A program made the position numbers and the translations under genes. Below are positions 37,383 to 50,485 of a DNA stretch of 64,000 nucleotides, piece after piece. The DNA comes from Squalus acanthias (lineage: Eukaryota). The notes beneath the pieces are model-generated. The model was not told the origin of the DNA. It ran no database searches and saw only the letters and a list, made by a program, of their open reading frames with translations. Each line of letters opens with the position of its first letter. Position 1 is the first letter of the stretch. Location of the stretch: NCBI GenBank assembly GCA_030390025.1, contig CM059432.1, positions 111,416,001-111,480,000 of the forward strand, given 5' to 3'.

Positions 37383-37693
37383 CTCTACCATTCATCACAC
37401 ACTGAATTACCAATCATGGCCGTTTCGTCCAGAGGCGGCTCCAACCTGGGGTGAAGCACTCCCCACAATGAGAGAGGGAGAGACAAAATGGTGTACAAAT
37501 CTCCTGTATCAGCTGATTTTAGAATGACGGACATCTTGGAGTAAGTCACTGGAATTGGGCTGCGGTCAGCAGTGAGTTGCTGATCGTTGTTCCTTGTCTG
37601 AGTTTCATTGAAGCCAGAATGGCTCTTAAAATATCTTCGTGCTGCTGCACCTAGACCTGCAGAATGCTGCATGGCTTCTGAAGAAGTGGGAAT
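37383..37693 (-). CDS. Candidate exon of an unidentified minus-strand gene (102 codons then stop)
   Basis: Acceptor TTTTCTCTCTTCATCCTTTTAG|ATT. Open only in phase 0 (IPTSSEAMQHSAG..LSLPLSLWGVLHPRLEPPLDETAMIGNSVCDEW*). Donor AG|GTGAGC lies 2 nt after the TAG. Confidence 0.4.
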
Positions 37694-38018
37694 CTAAAAG
37701 GATGAAGAGAGAAAAACATAATTGAAGGGCAATTTGGAAAGGTTATTTCAACTGAAAAACTGCTGCTGGGAACAATTTTTGCAAAATCGATATTTTTTAC
37801 AGCATGCATTTTGTGGGACAAAATGGCATCTAATAGGCCATTTTAATTTATATTAACTTACAATAGCAGTTGTACATCTGTGAACATTTTACTGTGACAT
37901 CTTGAATGCCTTCTGATTTATTTGCACATTGCAATCATTACTTAAAAGCGTGGAGGATTTCTGGTAGTGTTGATCAATTTTGTGCCTGGTAAATTGAGAC
38001 CACCAATCTGTGCAGTAC

Positions 38019-38212
38019 CTGATTACACCCACTGAGTGGTGGTGTGCAGAAAGGAAGAACTGCAATATCAGCGGTTTCTGCAGTGTAAGCATATCGCAGT
38101 TTTAAAGTTCGATACAGCAGCACCCAGTGACGGTAATTATCGTGGCAAGGTAAAGAAACTGATTGGGCTTCAAAGAAGGATTTTCCTCTTTGCTGGCTCA
38201 AAGTGGAAAGGA
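38019..38212 (-). CDS. Candidate 194-nt exon, spliced in frame to 37383-37693
   Basis: Long pyrimidine tract ..CTGTCTCTTTAG|TCC and donor CAG|GTACTG. One frame is open (LSTLSQQRGKSFFEAQSVSLPCHDNYRHWVLLYRTLKLRYAYTAETADIAVLPFCTPPLSGCNQ) and ends in phase 0. Confidence 0.4.
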
Positions 38213-38974
38213 CTAAAGAGACAGCGAAGTTTAACAAGCAGAGGAAAAGAAACAGACCAAAATGAAGATTTGTAAAAAAGGAAAGACAAATACAATCTAG
38301 TTGTGATTGCTGTAAGAAAACCAGTGCTTTCTTTGCTCTGAAGTTGGAACCAGTGGTTCTCGGGATATAACAGTCGCACAAAACTAATTTTCACTTCTTA
38401 GTGGTAGCTGAGTACCATTTGGTACCAGACACCTACCCCGTCCATTAAATGATTGTGACTGCATGAGCATCTGGGAAGGATATTGTGTGCCACATCTGCT
38501 AACTTTAGGGAAAGCTCCCCATTCGACTGGTTTGCCAGCATCTTTTTGTATTGTTTAGTAAAATATAATAGCTGTACATAAGAACAGATTGATTAATATT
38601 CCAAATTGCTATAAAAAGAACCATTTTGCCTCCAAACATCTCATCCGTTCCCACTCCGTAGGCCTTACTTAATCCTCCTTAAGAGCAGGCATCAACGATC
38701 ATAACAAACAGCTGAAAATCCTTCTCACCGATGGCTGGACAGACCAGCATACTGACCGCTGAATCACACTTGGGACCACTGGATCCTGGCCTGGCGTCAA
38801 TGTTCCCTCATTTTTTTGGTACTAAGCAGGCCACAAATTCCTTTGAGCGCGACCTTTTCGTCCGTGGGCAAATTTTCCTTTAACAACGGCAGCAACAGCC
38901 ACCACTTAAAAGCATAGATACAGTAATGCCATATTGCCACCCCACTGTCTCATGATTTGAGACAATCAGACAAG

Positions 38975-39260
38975 GTTCGATACAAGTTTAACATAACTTC
39001 TCTGCTTTTGAATTATTTTCCTCTAGAAATGAATCCCAGTGCTTTATTTGCACTGTAATGGCTTTTTTAACCTGCGTTGCTACTTTTAATGATTTGTGAA
39101 TCTATACCCCTTGATCCCTTTGCACCTCTACTCCATTTAGACTCTTATTTTCCAAGGAGTAGGTCGCCTCCTTATTCTTCCTACCAAAATGCACCACCTC
39201 ACACTTATCTATATTGAAATTCATTTGTCATTTACATGCCCATTCTGCATGTTTGTTTAC
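38975..39260 (-). mobile_element. CR1 RT fragment
   Basis: Minus strand WHVNDK.ISI.KCEVVHFGRKN-like sequence, similar to other CR1 copies. Confidence 0.7.
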
Positions 39261-39984
39261 GGTAAAATTAATTAAAAGCTTTTACAAACATGTACAAACT
39301 CTATTTTAAAAAAAAACTTGTCAGAAATGACTGGGATTTAAAGAACTACATAATAATGCATTAACACTTCAGAAACGTCACTCAGTTACACGGTTGTGCA
39401 TCGACAAACAATCCAAAAGCTGAAAGAGGCCTATCAATTCGTGCAATTTGTATTAATTTTAAAGTTTTCAAAGTATTGGCCCATCCCTCATGTCACGATA
39501 GCAGTGGCTGCACAGCAGCAGGAGCAGCGGCTTTCCTATGGTGCTGACGTGCTGAACGTCCATATAAGTAATTAGAATATTAATCACTGCAATCAGACAC
39601 CCAACAAATATAAAGTGCTGTAGTTCTTTAGTTCACAGTATTAAAAAGAACTGAACAAAAGCAGGTATCCGTATTTCCAACTTCAATCACTTCCATTAAT
39701 AAACTTCTTGAACCAGCACCCACCATGTACCATGTCAGAAATGCAACACTTACTCACAAGTGCAGAAAAACACGTAAACTATTTGTGTCACTGAATTAAA
39801 AACAAAGAGCAGGAAAAGCTATGATTTAACAGAAATCAAAATTCATCTTTCTTCCTGGACAGAAGAACCAATCAGACTGACTTGGAAATGTTTACTAGTA
39901 TGGTGACGTAAAGATGTTAATTTATGAAATTCACTTCTAATGTTTTGCTCTCAAACATTCTCCACAATATTAATCCCTGCCCTT

Positions 39985-40597
39985 AAGAGTAAGGAAGTCT
40001 TACTATGATTGTACAGGGCCTTAGTGAGACCACACCCAGAGTACTGTGCACAGTTTTGGTCGTCTTATCTGAAGATGGACATACTTGCCTCAGAAGCGGT
40101 GCAACAAAGGTTCACTAGATTGATTCCTGGGAGGAGAGGGATGTCCTATGAGGAGAGATTGTGTAGAATGGGCCTATACTCTCGAGTTCAGAAGAATGAG
40201 GGGTGATCTCATTGAGATATACTAGATTCTGAAGGGGATTGACAGGGTAGATGCTGAGAGGTTGTTTCCCCAGGCTGGAGAGTCTAGAACTAGGGGGCAT
40301 AGTCTCAGGATAAGGGGTCGGCCATTTAAGACTGAGATGAGTAGTTTCTTCACTCGGAGGTCTGTGAATCTTTGAAATTCTCTGCCCCAGAGGGCTGTGG
40401 ATGCTCAGTCTTTGAGTATATTCAAGGCTGAGATAGATAGATTTTTGGACTCTAGGGGAATCAAGGGCTATGAGCATCGAGCGGGAAACTGGAGTTGAGG
40501 TCAAAGATCAGCCATGATCTTATTGAATGGTGGAGCAGGCTTCGAGGGGCCATAAGGCCTACTCCTACTCCGAATTCTTATGCTCTTATGTTCTTAC
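39985..40597 (+). mobile_element. CR1 3' fragment, same subfamily as 32490-34110
   Basis: YRALVRPHPEYCAQFWS..QRFTRLIPG, with a TTCTTATG tail. Confidence 0.9.
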
Positions 40598-41294
40598 GCA
40601 AAGTGTTTCAGCCTTTGCATGCTAAAATTGGGGACCAAAGTGAATGGCCCAAAAACTGGTGTCAAATCAGACAGTTGATCCAAAAGCATTTGAGCCAGAA
40701 ACAAAGGGTAGCAGTTATATTTGGGGCAAGTTCTGCAGAATCATTGACATCACTGGCACAACAGTTTTTTTTAAAGGGCCAATCGGGTCCCTTGTTAAGG
40801 GGGGCTGATTTTCTGGTAATGTTTGCATTTTTGGCCAACACTCATGCCTGCACCCTCTGGCTAATGGCTTGTTTGGCTGGTTAATGCAGGCAGACTGGCT
40901 GCTTTGCATAAACCGGGCTGAGAATGAGGAAATTCCTGACATCAGGGCCATTTTTGGGGCAGATGGAAGTTCTGTCTCAAACAAGTCCCCACAGAAACTA
41001 CCACCAAAAGCTGAGCCCTGTTGGATCCACGTCCTGGTATAATTTCTGGCCTCTCCAAAGGACTTCCAGGGGACTTACCAGTGTGGCCAATAGTCCTGCA
41101 GATTAGTAAAATAATGTTTCTTTAACTTAAGTACTTCATTGGCTGTAAAGCGCTTTGAGACATCCGGTGGTCATGAAAGGTGCTATATAAATGCAAGTCT
41201 TTCTTTTTTCTTTAACTTAACACTGCGCTTGTTCCTGGCCAGGATTGCGTGCTGACAGTACTCGGGTTGCTGAGATACTTACTGACTTGCCCTT

Positions 41295-41676
41295 CTTTGA
41301 CTGTCGAATCGCACCGCACTCGCACTCCTGCGGCAAACTGAAGCTTCGCGCTGGCGCCACTGATTGGAGGCGGCAGCTGGTCGGTAACCGCCCCTCACTG
41401 GCAGCCGTCTGATTGGCAGGTAGGTCCAGCCACTGACGTGCGTCGGGAGGAACCCGCCTTCTCTTTGCACTGATTTTGAGAGCCTGCAAACGCACGTCAG
41501 TGGCTGGACAGGCCTGCCAATCACACGGCTTCCAGTGAGGGGCGGTTACCACGCAGCTGCCTGCCTCGAGTCAGCGTCCCTGGCGCAAAGCCTCAGTGTG
41601 CCGCGGGAGTGCGATTGCGCGGCTCAATCAAGAGTGCTGCACGGGCGCGCACACGCGCAGCTTGGAGGGAACAGTG
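41295..41676. mobile_element. CpG-rich palindromic element, probable hAT-type MITE lacking its left terminus
   Basis: Perfect inverted blocks 41424-41443/41490-41509 (20 bp) and 41383-41401/41532-41550 (19 bp). The right end GCGCAGCTTGGAGGGAACAGTG resembles a DNA-transposon TIR. Confidence 0.6.
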
Positions 41677-43250
41677 GTCTGAGTACCGAGGATTTTATTT
41701 CTCAAATTTTGGCCCCTTTTCTCGGGGGGCCCAGGGAGCCAGTGTAACCTATAACAGGGGGTAGGCCCTACCAGCATCCCCCCACCCAAACTGACACATC
41801 TAAGCCAGGATTACCAGGTTTCTTCAGTGAGCGAGCACCTCAGATGCCCACCTAGTGGGAGGTAAATGAGGGAACCTTCCCGCACCACTGGAGTTTCCCA
41901 TTGGGCACATCCTGACACATGCTGGGATGCACCTTCTGCAGATTTTCAGGCCGACACTGTTTAAGACCTTGGTAGGTTTGAGACCCAAAAAATGCATGTT
42001 TTTATTGTTTAATAATTCTTTGATAATATCTTTGATCTTGGATGATAAACCCTCTATTTGGAAAACCTGGAAATTGTATGAGAGCTGTGGACTTTCCTTA
42101 TTATCTTCAGTTCATTTGAGTTTCTCGAATTGACATCTTGATTCTGTGGGCCAACCTGTATGCAGCATTGCATTATTTAAGGTCTATGAAAGGCTGTTGC
42201 ATCCAAAAAACCTTACTGCTTAACAAACTATATAAGTAATATATTCTAGAAAAGTGCATTTTAACCATATGTGAAATGATTCTATCTTTCCCAATTTTAA
42301 ATATTGTTTCTTGCTGTGTGCTACTTCTGTGTAATTATCTTAATACCAAATAAATCTGAATATTGATTTTAGCCTGACTTCAATGGTCTGATGTGGTACG
42401 TGTGCATATCAGAGACTTGTTAGGTGTTCTGAGTGGGCTCTGATGCAATAGGTAAGGGATAATTGTTGGTCCTGTGGCATGCTATCTCACTCACAGTATG
42501 CATAAGGGCACATGTTTTGATCATGGACACTGCCTTTATGCTTGGAACACAAGAAAATAAAAGCTGAACTGTAACATAGAACTTGAAGGCCTGCTTTTAC
42601 CAGCATAAGAGTTGTAAAAAGTAAAAAAAAAAATAATTTTTTTCGCTCATTTATAATTTAAAAATACTTTTAATAAAGGTAAGTTTATTTTTAGCCCCGT
42701 AAAAAAAACTTTCATTATTTTTTCAAAAAAATTAATTTTTGTTTAAAATATTTAATTTAATGAAATTTTAACTCATTTTGAAAACGTGATGGTTTTTTAA
42801 AAATGTATTTAATCATAGAATCATACAAAGGTACAGCACGGAAGGAGGCCATTTCGGCCTATCGTGTCCATGCCGGCCAACAAAGAGCTATCCAGCCTAA
42901 TCCCACTTCCCAGCTCTTGGTCCGTAGCCCTGCAGGTTAGAGCATCCCAAGTGCACATCCAAGTACTTTTTAAATGTGGTTAGGGTTCCTGCCTCTACCA
43001 CCCTTTCAGGCAGTGAGTTCCAGACCCCCACAACCCTCTGGGTGAAGAAATTTCCCCTCAAATCCCTGCTAAACCTTCCCCCAATTACTTTAAATCTGTG
43101 CCCCCTGATTTTTGACCCCTCTGCTAAGGGAAATAGGTCCTTTCTATCCACTTTATCTATGCCCCTCAATTTTATACACCTCAATAAGGTCTCCCCTCAG
43201 CCTCCTCTGTTCCAAGGAAAACATACCCAGCCTATCCAGTCTTTCCTCAC

Positions 43251-44385
43251 TGGATTGGGGGTAATATTCTGGCTTGGGTGGAGGGTTGGTTATCTAACAG
43301 GAAGCAGAGAGTTGGGATAAATGGTTCATTCTTGGACTGGCAACCAGTAGCCAGTGGTGTTCCGCAGGGGTCGGTGCTGGGTCCCCAACTCTTTACAATC
43401 TATATTAACGATTTGGAGGAGGGGACCGAGTGTAACATATCAAAGTTTGCAGATGATACAAAGATGGGAGGGAAAGTAGAGAGTGAGGAGGACATAAAAA
43501 ACCTACAAGGGGATATAGACAGGCTGGGTGAGTGGGCAGAGATTTGGCAGATGCAATACAGTATTGGAAAATGTGAGGTTATGCACTTTGGCAGGAAAAA
43601 TCAGAGAGCAAGTTATTATCTTAATGGCGAGAAACTGGAAAGTACTACAGTACAAAGGGATCTGGGGGTCTTGGTGCAAGAAAATCAAAAAGTTAGTATG
43701 CAGGTGCAGCAGGTGATCAAGAAAGCCAATGGAATGTTGGGTTTTATTGCTAGGGGGATAGAATATAAAAACAGGGAGGTATTGCTGCAGTTGTATAGGG
43801 TATTGGTGAGACCGCACCTGGAGTACTGCATACAGTTTTAGTGTCCATACTTAAGAAAAGACATACTTGCTCTCGAGGCAGTACAAAGAAGGTTCACTCG
43901 GTTAATTCCGGGGATGAGGGGGTTGACATACGAGGAGAGGTTGAGTAGATTGGGACGCTACTCATTGGATTTCAGAAGAATGAGAGGCGATCTTATTGAA
44001 ACATATAAGATTGTGAAGGGGCTTGATCGGGTGGATGCGGTGAGGATGTTCCCAATGATGGGTGAAACTAGAACTAGGGGACATAAACTTAGAATAAGGG
44101 GCTGCTCTTTCAAAACTGAGATGAGGAGAAACTTTTTCACTCAGAGGGTAGTGGGTCTGTGGAATTTGCTACCCCAGGAAGCTGTGGAAGCTACTTCATT
44201 AAATAAATTTAAAACAGAAATAGACCGTTTCCTAGAAGTAAAGGGAATTAGGGGTTACGGGGAGCGGGCTGGAAATTGGACATAAGTGAGTTCGGATCGG
44301 TCAAGGCCCTGTGGGTGGCGGAGCGGGCCCAGGGGCCGAGTGGCCGGGTCCTGCTCCTACTTCTTATGTTCTTATGTTCTTATAG
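43251..44385 (+). mobile_element. Young CR1 LINE, 5'-truncated
   Basis: ORFs 43278..43841 and 43914..44285, with a TTCTTATG x3 tail. Near-identical to 53446-54020(-). Confidence 0.93.
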
Positions 44386-46979
44386 CTAAGATTCTCTACT
44401 CCTGGCAACATCCTTGTAAATCTCCTCTGTACCCTCTCTGGTGCAATCACATCTTTCCTGTAATGTAGTGACCAGAACTGCACGCAGTACTCTAGCTGAG
44501 GCGTAACTAGTGTTTTATACAGTTGAAGCATAACCCCCCTGCTCTTGTATTCTGTGCCACGGCTAATAAAGGCAAGCATTCCGTATGCCGCCTTAACCAC
44601 CTTATCTACCTGGCCTGCGACTTTCAGGGATCTGTGGACATGCACTCCAAGGTCCCTTTGTTCCTCTACACTACTCAGTGTCCTACCATTTAATGTGTAT
44701 TCCCTTTCCATTAGCCCATTCCCTTAGCCCACCCCAAATGTATTACCTCTCACTTCTCCGGATTGAATTCCATTTGCCACTGTTCTGCCCACCTGACCAA
44801 TTTATTGATATCTTCCTGCAGTCTACAGCTTCCTTCTTCAGTATCAACCACACAGCCGATTTGAGTATCATCTGCAAACTTCTTAATCGTACCCCCTATA
44901 TTCAAGTCTAGATCATTGATATATACCACAAAAAGCAAGGGACCTAGTACTGAGCCCTGCGGAACCCCACTGGAAACAGCCTTCCAGTCACAAAAACACC
45001 CATCAACCATTACCCTCTGCTTCCTGCCTCCAAGCCAGTTTTGAATCCAACTTGACACTTTACCCTGGATCCCATGGGCTTTTAACTTCGTGACCTGTCT
45101 GCCATGTGGAACCTTATCAAAAGCCTTGCTAAAGTCCATATACACTACATCAAACGCACAACCCTTCATCTACCCTCGTTAACTCAAAAAATTCAATCAA
45201 GTTTGTCAGACACGACCTTCCCTTAACAAATCCGTGCTGACTATCCTTGATTAATCCGTGCCTTTCTAAATGAAGATTTATCCTGTCCTTCAGAATTCTT
45301 TCCAATAATTTTCCCACCACCGAGGTTAGACTGACTGGCCTGTAATTACTCGGTCTATCCTTTTTTCCCATTTTAAACAAGGGTTACCACATTAGCAGTC
45401 CTCCAGCACCAAACCTGAAGCCAGAGAGGATTGAAAAATGATGGTCAGGGCCTCTGCTATTTCCTCTTTTGCTTTGCTTAACAGCCTGGAATACTTTTCA
45501 TCCGGGCCTGGGAAATTATCCACTTTAAAGCTGCTAAACCCCTTAATACTTCCTCTCTCACTGTTTATTTCATCTAATATTTCACACTCCTCCCCCCCGA
45601 TAGCAATGTCTGCTTCGCCCCTCTCTTTTGTGAAAACAGACGCAAAGTATTCATTAAGAACCCTACCGACATCTCCCGCCTCCACACACAGATTACCCTC
45701 ATGATCTCCAATAGGCCCTACCCTTTCTTTAGTTATCCTCTTACTCTTAATATATTTATAAAACATCTTTGGGTTTTCCTTGATTTTACTTGCCAAGAAT
45801 TTTTCATGCTCTCTTTGCTTTCCTAATATCCTTTTTAATTGCACCCCTGCACTTTCTGTACTCCTCTAAAGATTCTGGAGTATTTAGCCCTCGGTATCTG
45901 TCATATGCCTCCCTTTTTTTCTTTATCCTACCCTGTATGTCCCTAGACATCCAAGGGGCTCTAGATTTGTTAGTCCCAACTTTTTTCTTTAAGGGCACAT
46001 ATTTGGTCTGAACTCTCCGGATCTCCTCCTTGAATGCCTCCCACTGCTCTGACACTGATTTACCTTCAAGTAGCTGTTTCCAGCCCACTATAGCTAAATC
46101 CCCTCTGAGCTCAGCAAAATTTGTTTTTCCCCAATTTAGAATTTTTATTCCTGGTCTATCCTTGTCCTTTTCCATAACTACCTTAAATCTAACAGAATTA
46201 TGGTCACTAGCAGCAAAATGCTCCCCCACTGATACGCCTTCTACTTGCCCAGCTTCATTCCCTGAAACTAAGTCCAGAACCGCCCCATCCCTTGTTGGGC
46301 TTGCTACATACTGGCTAAAAAAGTTCTCCTGGATGCATTTTAAGAATTCCGCACCCTCTATACCCTTCACACTAATTTTATCCCAGTTAATATTGGGGTA
46401 GTTGAAATCCCCTACTATTACTGCTCTATAGTTTTTGCACTTCTCAGAAATTTGTCTACATATTTGTTCTTCTATCTCCCTCTCACTGTTTGGGGGTCTG
46501 TAGTACACTCCCAGCAGTGTGATCGCCCCTTTTTTTTGTTTTTCAATTCGACCCATATGGCCTCGTTTGACGATCCCTCCAACACATCATCCCTCCTCAC
46601 AGCTGTAATAGTTTCTTTAATCAATACCGCGACCCCCCCTCCCTTTTTACCTCCCCCTCTATCCCGTCTGAAAATCCTGTAACCAGGAATGTTGAGCTGC
46701 CATACCTGCCCCTCTTTCAGCCACGTCTCTGTAATAGCTATAATATCATAGTCCCCAGTATCTACCTGTGCCCTCAGCTCATCTGCTTTGTTCGCTATAC
46801 TCCTTGCATTGAAGTATATACCATTTAGTACAGGCAAACCTCCTTGTTGACTACTATCTAGCCCTTGATTCCTCTGTCCTTCCAATTTACTTTCTACATT
46901 TTGTTTTCCAATTCCAGTTTTTCTTCCCTCCCTATTGACTCTATACTTAGGTTCCCATCCCCCTGCCAAGCTAGTTTAA

Positions 46980-47928
46980 ACCCTCCCCAACAGCACCAGC
47001 AAACCCTCCCGCGAGGATATTGGTCCCGTTCCCGTTGAGGTGCAACCCGTCTGGCTTGTAGAGGTCTCGCATCCCCAGAAACGGTTCCAATTCCTCAGGA
47101 ATCTAAAGCCCTTCCTCCTACACCATCTCTCCAGCCACGCATTCATCTGCTCTATCTTCCTATTTCTGTACTCACTAGCATGTGGCACTGGTAGTAATCT
47201 GGAGATTACTACCTTTTGAGGTCCTGCTTTTTAACCTCTTTCCTAGCTCCCTAAACTCTGCCTGCAGGACCTCATCCCTCTTCCTACCTATGTCGTTGGT
47301 ACCGATATGGACCACAACCTCTGGCAGTTCACCCTCCCCGCCCCCCCCCCCTCAGAATGCCCTGCAGCCGTTCAGTGACATCCTTGACCCTGGAACCAGG
47401 GAGGCAACATACCATCCTGGAGTCACATCTACGGCCGCAGAAATGCCTGTCTGCTCCCCTAACTATTGAATCCCCTATCACTATTGCTCTCCTTCTCCTC
47501 TTTCCCCCCCCCCCCCCCCCACCCTGTTCAACTGAGCCTTCCATGGTGCTGTGGACTTGGCTCTGGCTGCACTCCCCAGAGGAACCATCGCCTTCACCAG
47601 TACTCAGCACTGAATACTGGTTGGTGAGCAAGATGGGCTCAGGGGACTCCTGCACTACCTGCCTGGTGGTCCTCTTCTGTCTGACGGTCACCCATTCCCT
47701 CTCTGCCTGCACACTCTTAAGCTGCGGGGTGACCACCTCCCGAAACGTGCTATCCACGTAGTGCACAGCAGTGACTGCAGCCTGCCGCTCAAGCTCCGTA
47801 ACCCGGTGCTCGAGCTGCTGTAGCTGGCGACACTTCCTGCACATGTGGTCGTCCAGACCACTGGAGGTGTCCAGGACTTCCCACATGGCACAGGATGTGC
47901 ATTCCACGGGTGTGAGCTGCCCTGCCAT
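46980..47928 (-). pseudogene. CR1 ORF1: Zn-finger/coiled coil plus SGNH esterase domain, frameshifted
   Basis: MAGQLTPVECTSC..MCRKCRQLQQLEHRVTELERQ and AIVIGDSIVRGADRHFCG..MVCCLPG. Confidence 0.85.
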
Positions 47929-48339
47929 ACCTCTAATTAACAGACTATTTACTAACCTAGCTGGAATAAACTTGAAACTTTAGGCAAGCCAAGTAAAAAC
48001 ACTTACCAGATACTCACCAATCAGCTCCCTCTTTTTGAACGTTTAGTTTTTAATCCCGGCTCTTAATTTAAACCAATGCCCAAGATAGAGAGCGAAATAC
48101 TGACCAATCAATCACTTCCCTGCTTTCCTGTGATGTCACTCCTTGTTTTTGTTGTCAGGTCCGCTGCCTCCAATCTCGGGCCTCGCTCTGCCGCGCTCTT
48201 TATATCCTCAGGCTCCGCTCTCGCTCCCTCTCGGGTCCGCTGCCTCCAATCTCGGGCCTCGCTCTGCTGCGCTCGTTATACCCTCAGGCTCCGCTCTCGC
48301 TCCCTCTCCGGTCCGCTGCCTCCGCACTCTGAAAATACT

Positions 48340-48800
48340 CTGATCTAACCTTTTTCGGTCCAAAGTGGATGACCTTACACTTCCCCACATTAAACTCCAT
48401 CTGCCACAGTTTTGCCTACTCACTTAATCTGTCAATATTCTTGTGCAAATTTCTGCTTCAACCTATAGTACTTACTGTGCCACCTAACTTAGTGTCGCCA
48501 GCAAACTTCGATATATGGTTGGTTCTCTATTCCCTTGTCTAAGTCGTTTATAAATATAGTGAAAAGCTGAAGCCCCAGTACAGATCCCTGGGGAACACCA
48601 CTTGTCACATGCTTCCATATGTACCCATTATCCCTACTCTCTGTCTCCTATTTCCTAACCAATTACCTACCCGGGTCAATAGGTTGCCTTCAATTCCATG
48701 CGCTCTCATTTTTGTTAACAGTTTCTTGTGTGGAATCTTATTGAATGCCTTCTGGAAGTCCATATGAATAAAAAGCATAGACACTCACTTATCTACCACT
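48340..48800 (-). mobile_element. CR1 RT fragment
   Basis: Minus strand has [28 protein letters not shown] and WQMEFNVGKC-like sequence. Confidence 0.75.
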
Positions 48801-50020
48801 TCATAGACACTCCCTTATCCCCCTTTCCCCTCCTAACCCCACTTCCTTCTGTGTCCGCCTCTGGAGAAAAGTCTTCCCCCAAATCACTTACAACTGCACT
48901 TTCCCAACTGTCTAACCTTTGGCCTTCCATTCACCACAACCTTTGATGCCCTTGACCCCATTAAAACCGTTACTTTCTCTCACCCTGGTTGTTCCCCCAG
49001 TATGGCCCTCATCTATGCTCCCTTAAGTCCAAGGGACGCAGACTTGAACGTTTTTGGCGGACAACTGGTTTAGCCATTCATTGCCAGATCTGGCTGGACC
49101 ACATAAAGCACTATCGGGTCCTGCTCACCTCTGCCAAAACTGTTCACTATTCCAGAATTATCCCAGAATGCAAAGATAATACCCAGCTTCCCTTCTCCAC
49201 TCAAACCGTCTTCTTAAACCCCTCTCCCCTGCCCCCTCCACCCTTCCCTCCAACAACAAGTGCGAGGAGCTCTTGGACTTCTTTGTCACTAAGATTGAGA
49301 CCATCCATTCAGCTGCCTTTCCTGCTTCACTCCCTTCCCCTAGCCCACCGGGCCAAACTTCCTCTAAGGTCTCCCCCCCGCCCTATCCCTCACACCTTTC
49401 TCTAGTTTCTGTCCTATCTCCTCTCATGCCCTCTCTGAGCTCATCTTGGCCATGAGACCCACCTTCGACTCTCCCGACCCTATTCCCACCAACTGCTGAC
49501 CACCCAACTTCTCTTCCTGGCCACCATATTAGCTGATACTGTTAACGGTTCTCTCTCCTCAGGTACTGTCCCCCTCCACTTCAAATCTGCCGTCATCATC
49601 CCACTCCTCAAAAAACCCACACTTAATCCCTCTGTCCTGGCAAACAACCGCTCCATCTCCAATCTCCCTTTCCTCTCAAAGGTCTGTGAGCGTGTTGTCA
49701 CATCCCAATTCTGTGCCCATCTTTCCTGGAACTCCATGTTTGAATCCCTTCTATCAGGTTTCCGCCCCTCCCAGAGCATTGAAACGGTTCTCCTCAAAGT
49801 CACAAATGACATCCTATGTGACTGTGACCATGGTGAACTATCCCCCCTCATTCTTTTCGACCTGTCTGTAGTCTTTGACACGGTTGACCACACCAACCTT
49901 CTCCACCTCTCCGCCGTTGTCCAGCTGGGTGGGACTGCACTCACTACAATAACGATTTGGAAAGGATTAGTTCGACGAAACAAGGGATTACCTTTGATTA
50001 TACAGAACTTGTGAACTAAA

Positions 50021-50485
50021 CGAAAGAAAGACTTGCATTTCTATAGCGCCTTTCACGAATTCAGGACGTCCCAAAGTACTTTACAGCCAATGAAGTACTT
50101 TTGAAGTTTAGTCACTGTTGTAATGTCGGAAACGCAGCAGCCAGTTGTGCACAGCAAGCTCCCACAAACAGCAACATGATAATGACCAGATAATCTGTTT
50201 TTGCTATGTTGATTGAGGGATAAATATTGGCCAGGACACTGGGGATAACTCCCCTGCTTTTATTTGAAATAGTGCCATGGGATCGTTTGCGTCCACCTGA
50301 GAGAGAAGACGGGGCCTCGGTTTAACATCTCATCCGAAAGACGACACTCCAACAGTGCAGCACTCCCTCAGCACTGCACTGGAGTGTCAGCCTAGATTTT
50401 TGTGCTCAAGTCTCTGGAGTGGGACTTGAACCCACAGCCTTCTGACTCAGAGGCGAGTGTGCTACCCACTGAGCCATTGGCTGAC
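50021..50485 (-). mobile_element. Full-length DeuSINE (SacSINE1-like): tRNA-derived head, Deu domain, L2-type tail
   Basis: Minus strand has TGGCTCAGTGGGTAGCAC (A box), GGTTCAAGTCC (B box), GGATGAGATGTTAAACCGAGGCCCCG, and tail TTTGGGACGTCC..AAAGGCGCTATAGAAATGCAAGTCTT. Confidence 0.88.

Larger units (their letters stand above)
42813..48330 (-). mobile_element. Near full-length CR1 LINE (5' UTR, ORF1, ORF2, tail), interrupted by an opposite-strand CR1 at 43251-44385
   Basis: ORF1 as below. EN has YFNARSIANKADEL..YDIIAITETWL, GVYYRPP, VGDFNYP and SDH. RT has [22 protein letters not shown] and FADDT. The 3' end is at 42897..43184. Confidence 0.93.

Noticed and set aside
38036..38275. Plus-strand 79-aa basic ORF (VVCRKEELQYQRFL...)
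   Set aside because: It has no ATG start or convincing splice sites, and it is antisense to the better-supported minus-strand exon.
38730..38905. Upstream coding exon for the minus-strand candidate gene
   Set aside because: Acceptor- and donor-like sites exist but all three frames contain stops, so it could only be non-coding.
40600..41100. Defined MITEs at 40600-41100, 41690-41950 and 58410-58900
   Set aside because: They resemble Harbinger subterminal sequence, but I could not pair TIRs or TSDs confidently.
42372..42451. Plus-strand coding exon (TTTTAG|CC..ATAG|GTAAGG)
   Set aside because: All three frames contain stops and there is no other support.
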